A stretch of 64,000 bases of DNA from a virus. The notes beneath the pieces are model-generated. The model did not search any database. It was not told the DNA's origin and was given only the letters and a program-made list of their open reading frames with translations. The DNA is taken from IMG/VR virus record IMGVR_UViG_3300044712_000936, positions 23,170 to 87,169 of that record; one strand, 5' to 3'. Below are positions 59,744-64,000 of this stretch, piece by piece (the stretch's first letter is position 1; every line of letters starts with the position of its first letter). A program made the position numbers and the translations under genes.

Positions 59744-61255
59744 TTAGCCGTAAATAAAAACTAAACAAGGTGATAAGTCTGTCCACTTACTGCCGCCTGT
59801 ACCAAAATTCCACCAAGAAAAACCGTCAATCCAGGGATGATAATCTTTATATTGGGTTATGGTTGTCTGGTAACTTGATTTTGCATCCTGACAAGACCAG
59901 ACATCAGTGGGTGATCCGCTATACCCATCGTGTAAGCCCACTTCAGAAATGATAATTGGTCCTTTAAAGTCTTTTAGACTAAAGTTGCTATAGGAATTTA
60001 ATCTTTCTTCGATCATTCTGTCACGTCCAGAGATCCAGATGTTGTTGATCCACGATCCGTTTCTCAAGGTATAGCTAGACGGTAGATAGCTGGATTGGTG
60101 CAGGGCAATACCATGATATTTAGGTGTTCCATCAGGCCATGTACCGCAGGGATGGGTATTCGCCCACGCTAAGTAAGCATATAGATTATCCCAGTAGTTT
60201 AATTCTGGTACACCAGGAGAAAAACTAAACGCCAGTGTGCAAAATCCGTCTCTTGCCGCTGCTGTAGCGAACTCTATTGAAAATCTGGCTAACAGAGAAA
60301 AGTCGTTAAAAGGCGTACCGATCTCGTTAACATATTCGTAGTAATCGTAACCTGCAAGCCAGTTAGGTCTAACACAAGCATACCACGTTTCTCCGTTCCA
60401 CTGGTCTGCTTGAGGCCCATCAATCATACCTCTACAAGTCAACAAAGAACGATAAATAATAAATAATTGTGGATTATTAGCTTTAGCAGTCAGACACAAA
60501 TCACCCGAACCACTGAGACATTTCATTGACTTAAATTTATCGGCATAAAAAACTGTGTTGGCTGAATTTCCGCCAGCCAACACATGAATACCGTCCATTA
60601 AAGCCCTTACTTGAGTAAGGGCAGGAGTGGGTATAGGATCAGTGGCATATATTTTCTCTATGTCCCAACAAGGATCAGAATCATCCAAGACAGCATAATG
60701 TTCAATTACAGTTCCATTTGGAATGGTTATAGCAATCCATCCCTGGATGGTAATTGTGCCTATTACTGACCTTTTAATAATATAGGCCCATTCCTCTACC
60801 GCATCTCTTACAATATAAAGTCGTAAAACCTCTACTTTATCCGATTGAAGTACAGTACCTAATTTTGTAGCAGTCAGAGTATGATTAGAGCGAACATTTA
60901 AAGTAGTAGCTGCGATACCTGCCCAACATTTAGATTCATCTAAGGGCGTAGCTGACAAAACGGGTGTAGGTGTGGTCCCGTTTCCTTGTTCTGGCGTAGG
61001 TGTTGGAACAGCAGATGTATTAGTAGCTGTTGCTGTGGATGTGACAGTCGCTGTAGGTGTTCTAGTAGCCGTTGGTGTAACTGTTCTTGTCGGCGTATTA
61101 GTAGCTGTATTTGTTGGTGTACGAACCTGTGTTGCTGGTCCCACAATAGCCACATTTACAGGTTGATCACCAATTGTACCTACAACACGAGTTCCACAAC
61201 TGAGCAGCAGAAAACTTAATCCAATTAATAAATATAGATATTTGTTATATTTCAT
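59744..61255 (-). CDS. Lipoprotein with Thr/Pro linker, SH3b-like domain and clan GH-A-like glycoside hydrolase
   Basis: Lipobox LLSC; TP repeats; LNVR...W...GWI; YEYVNE, ALH, IISEVG. Confidence 0.6.
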   Translation of the reverse strand: MKYNKYLYLLIGLSFLLLSCGTRVVGTIGDQPVNVAIVGPATQVRTPTNTATNTPTRTVTPTATRTPTATVTSTATATNTSAVPTPTPEQGNGTTPTPVLSATPLDESKCWAGIAATTLNVRSNHTLTATKLGTVLQSDKVEVLRLYIVRDAVEEWAYIIKRSVIGTITIQGWIAITIPNGTVIEHYAVLDDSDPCWDIEKIYATDPIPTPALTQVRALMDGIHVLAGGNSANTVFYADKFKSMKCLSGSGDLCLTAKANNPQLFIIYRSLLTCRGMIDGPQADQWNGETWYACVRPNWLAGYDYYEYVNEIGTPFNDFSLLARFSIEFATAAARDGFCTLAFSFSPGVPELNYWDNLYAYLAWANTHPCGTWPDGTPKYHGIALHQSSYLPSSYTLRNGSWINNIWISGRDRMIEERLNSYSNFSLKDFKGPIIISEVGLHDGYSGSPTDVWSCQDAKSSYQTTITQYKDYHPWIDGFSWWNFGTGGSKWTDLSPCLVFIYG

Positions 61256-61266
61256 ATTTTCTCCGT

Positions 61267-61719
61267 TTATATCTGAAGATTAGGGAACTCTTTGTTTCTA
61301 AGAGCAATACTTAACTGCCCTAAAGCTTCCTGTTCAGCAGCTATTTTAACCAAAATAGGAATAAGACTGTTTAAAACAGCAACCGCATTTTGAGTTGTCA
61401 CCGTTGGGGCATTTGCCAGCGGTGTTTTTATGTTTGTATTATGCCAGCTTAAAAATTGAGCTATAGTCCAATGCGCCCATTCTGGAATAGCACTGATTTG
61501 AGATTCAGATCCATCTCGCACAAGTGCTTTATAATCTATTGGATCATGAGCGATCTTTAGTTGCTCCGCTTGATCCCTTTCCGCTGCGGTTGCCTGAGGC
61601 GCAAAATCAAACATAACGTCCTCGGCTACAATGCCAGCAAGTCCGATGGGTCGTAGACCTAAAACAGGCAAACCCGCCGCCGCTAACTCACTTAGAAACT
61701 TTGGAATATTTACGCCCAT
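61267..61719 (-). CDS. Hypothetical protein after tail fibre (chaperone-like position)
   Basis: Coupled to the tail fibre gene. Confidence 0.4.
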   Translation of the reverse strand: MGVNIPKFLSELAAAGLPVLGLRPIGLAGIVAEDVMFDFAPQATAAERDQAEQLKIAHDPIDYKALVRDGSESQISAIPEWAHWTIAQFLSWHNTNIKTPLANAPTVTTQNAVAVLNSLIPILVKIAAEQEALGQLSIALRNKEFPNLQI

Positions 61720-63695
61720 AGATGTCCTCCAATGACACCATCATACCATGTACAGTTTCCGCCACTTGGTCCTCTCTCTAGCAGTGCTGCATAATGGTAG
61801 CCTTCAACAACAACACGGTGGAGTCGAGCGGTAATTGTTAAGAATTGTGAACTAGCTCCCGGCTGATTAAAATAACCAACCGAATCACTACTAGCCGCTG
61901 ATGAAGTTGAGTCAAGACCAACCGCTGTTGCCGCTGCCGCTGCCGGTGAACTGTCGGCATACACTAATGCGCTGGTCCATAAATCAATCCGCCTTGTTAA
62001 TCCCTGCACAAATTCAATTTGGTTAGCCGCACTGGCGTATGCTTGGCGAAAAGTTCCAGTAGTGTAACTATAGGATGTCGTTTCTTCTCGCCACAAGTCG
62101 ATAAGTATTTGATTGTATAAATTCCAGACAAGCCATTTAAGGCGACTTGTTTCACATTGCCCTGTTGTAGATGTTGTGTTAATTGTTCCTAAATAACGTC
62201 TTGTCGTTGCACCAGATTTAACATAAATACCGTCTTGAAGCACTAATGCGGTAGCTCTAGTTGTTGTGTTCGTCCATTCAAGTAATTCAAGAGTTATAGT
62301 TCCGCTGTTATCATAAACAAATACATCATGGGGCTTACTGGCTGTTTTTCCGGCTAAACTTATACTTAACTCGGCAAACGTATAAACTTTCCAATAAGTT
62401 CCGTCATAAAGACCAATCTGATTACCTTTGTAGGGAGTAAAATATAAAGTTGTTTTAGCTGTTTGATCGGTTGTGGATATAGCGACTCCCGATTCTAAGG
62501 TTAATCTTCCATTGCAAACTGCTATAGTTGAAATCCCCAACGGACCTACATTTACACCAGAGCTATTAAGAACGTGTAATCCGTCTGTAGCGGAATACAA
62601 TTTATGGTGACTGGCAGCGGGATTAGCAGGAGCGGATATATCTTTTAAAATCTCAGAGAAATTAAAGGTAGTTTCTCCTGCACTGTCTATCCTAACAGCC
62701 TCACCAAATGATCCACCTGCACCACGAGTTGTAAAAGCTATTCTTCCTGGCACGTTAGAGCCTGATGGAGCGGCGTCTACAAGTAAATCTATAGTAGCTG
62801 CGGTGTTTGTTCCAGCATTAGCACGAGCGGCGGCAGATATTCCCAATATAGGATCACCGCTTTGCACGTCTGTCTGAGCGCCGTGTGTTCCCCTAGATTT
62901 AAAGGCGTAAATAGAATTGGTTTTAGTCTGATCGCCGTGAGCGTGTAATTCTAGTCCGGCTGAACCAGAATTATTATTATCAATCAAAATACCAATAAAT
63001 GTAGTAGCATTGAGAGTTAAAGTACCCGTCATAGCTCTAGTACCATTAGTTAAAAGGTACTGAGTATGATCATCGTCTGCTAATCCAGTCAAAGCACCAT
63101 GATCAGTTACACCAGTAGCGGGTAGATTATTTAATAATACCTTTTTGAGCGTACTGTCCGTAGCATCTAAAGTCATGAGATAATCTACTGCACCGTCTGG
63201 AGTAGCATCAGCAGTCAATTCACCAATGTCTACAGCTAACGTATAATTTCCATTTGCACCCGCGTCTGCACCCGATAAACCAGAACCAGCTACAAGAGTT
63301 CTTTCAGCAGATAAACCCGCATTTACAGCAAGAGTTAGATATTGGGCATCAGTCGGCGCTCCCCCTGTACCACTACTGGCAGCAGTAATTCTACCCTGCT
63401 GATCAACCGTTAAATTAGTATTTGTATAAGAATTCGGAGTAACTAATGTGTCGTCTAAATTGACTGTATAATTACCTCCCGCACCTGAATCGACTCCTGT
63501 TAAAGCTATACCTGCCACAAAGACTCTTTCGTTGGCTAAATTAGCATCAACAGCCAGAGTTAAAAAGGTAGCATCGTCTGGAGCGAGACTTGTTCCAGAG
63601 GAAGTAGGTTCCCACGATTCAAGGTTTGCTATTCGTCTCTTTAAGGCGGCTATCTCGTCTTTAATGATCTTAAATATTTTACTAAAATCTTCCAT
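61710..63695 (-). CDS. Tail fibre / receptor-binding protein
   Basis: G/A/T-rich; internal repeat AP.DA..LTLAV.A.L..ER..VAG; VDQQGRIT and DHGALTGLADDDHTQY motifs. Confidence 0.75.
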   Translation of the reverse strand: MEDFSKIFKIIKDEIAALKRRIANLESWEPTSSGTSLAPDDATFLTLAVDANLANERVFVAGIALTGVDSGAGGNYTVNLDDTLVTPNSYTNTNLTVDQQGRITAASSGTGGAPTDAQYLTLAVNAGLSAERTLVAGSGLSGADAGANGNYTLAVDIGELTADATPDGAVDYLMTLDATDSTLKKVLLNNLPATGVTDHGALTGLADDDHTQYLLTNGTRAMTGTLTLNATTFIGILIDNNNSGSAGLELHAHGDQTKTNSIYAFKSRGTHGAQTDVQSGDPILGISAAARANAGTNTAATIDLLVDAAPSGSNVPGRIAFTTRGAGGSFGEAVRIDSAGETTFNFSEILKDISAPANPAASHHKLYSATDGLHVLNSSGVNVGPLGISTIAVCNGRLTLESGVAISTTDQTAKTTLYFTPYKGNQIGLYDGTYWKVYTFAELSISLAGKTASKPHDVFVYDNSGTITLELLEWTNTTTRATALVLQDGIYVKSGATTRRYLGTINTTSTTGQCETSRLKWLVWNLYNQILIDLWREETTSYSYTTGTFRQAYASAANQIEFVQGLTRRIDLWTSALVYADSSPAAAAATAVGLDSTSSAASSDSVGYFNQPGASSQFLTITARLHRVVVEGYHYAALLERGPSGGNCTWYDGVIGGHLWA

Positions 63696-64000
63696 TTAAA
63701 CTCCTATAATGGATATTATTTCGCCAGGACTGGACATATTTCCCCGACGATCATCTATTGTACCACCAGAATCAGCACTATATCCGACACCTAACGGCCC
63801 CCAAAAATACATAAGGGTTTCATCGTCTGTAATATGTAGAGCAGTGTAGGTACTGGCACGAGTGGCAGCGGCCAGGAAGTTAGTCCAGGTATCCCCCGCA
63901 TCAGAAGAATAAAACCCTGCTAGTTCAGCCGTTGCATAATTTGTACCCATAAAGGCTATAAAGTTATGATTTAAAGCACAATCTCCCCAACAACGTACCT
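63696..64000 (-). CDS. C-terminal part of a tail-associated beta-propeller-like protein (probably begins beyond the window)
   Basis: Asp-box motifs YSSDAGDTW and YSADSGGT. Confidence 0.5.
   Translation of the reverse strand, partial: VRCWGDCALNHNFIAFMGTNYATAELAGFYSSDAGDTWTNFLAAATRASTYTALHITDDETLMYFWGPLGVGYSADSGGTIDDRRGNMSSPGEIISIIGV

Noticed and set aside
60940-61219. Short alternative-frame ORFs and apparent repeats
   Set aside because: By-products of the Thr/Pro linker coding sequence

Overview
This 64 kb window is part of a tailed dsDNA phage genome with no sign of host chromosome. It has three transcription blocks. The minus strand at 1-24.0 kb carries head/packaging genes, nucleotide metabolism (thyX, dcd, MazG-like), DNA methyltransferases, an RNA ligase and two tRNAs. 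The plus strand at about 25-59.7 kb carries putative early genes, an RNA/translation island, replication genes (primase, DnaB-like helicase, family A polymerase) and a tyrosine recombinase. The minus strand at 59.7-64 kb carries a tail fibre and a lipoprotein glycanase. The most striking content is an RNA-centred system: (i) a Ro60/Rsr (TROVE) gene preceded by a promoter-driven array of three Y RNAs (one YrlA-type tRNA mimic and two short ones) plus a fourth stem-closed RNA carrying an anti-Shine-Dalgarno-like sequence; (ii) a 120-nt mini-tmRNA with an intact alanine-tRNA-like domain but essentially no mRNA domain; (iii) six tRNAs, some with atypical anticodon loops, and a T4 Rnl1-like ligase. 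Other unexplained signals are a strand-polarised CGTGCA motif from 30.5 to 41.5 kb, a GATC-rich zone with GCCC(C)T hairpin repeats at 24-30.5 kb, four paralogues of an unknown Cys/His-motif family around an M28-like peptidase, and a sortase gene (missed by the ORF track) directly after the major capsid gene. A Chloroflexota-like monoderm host is a weak inference. All calls are by-eye motif recognition; no searches or folding programs were run.
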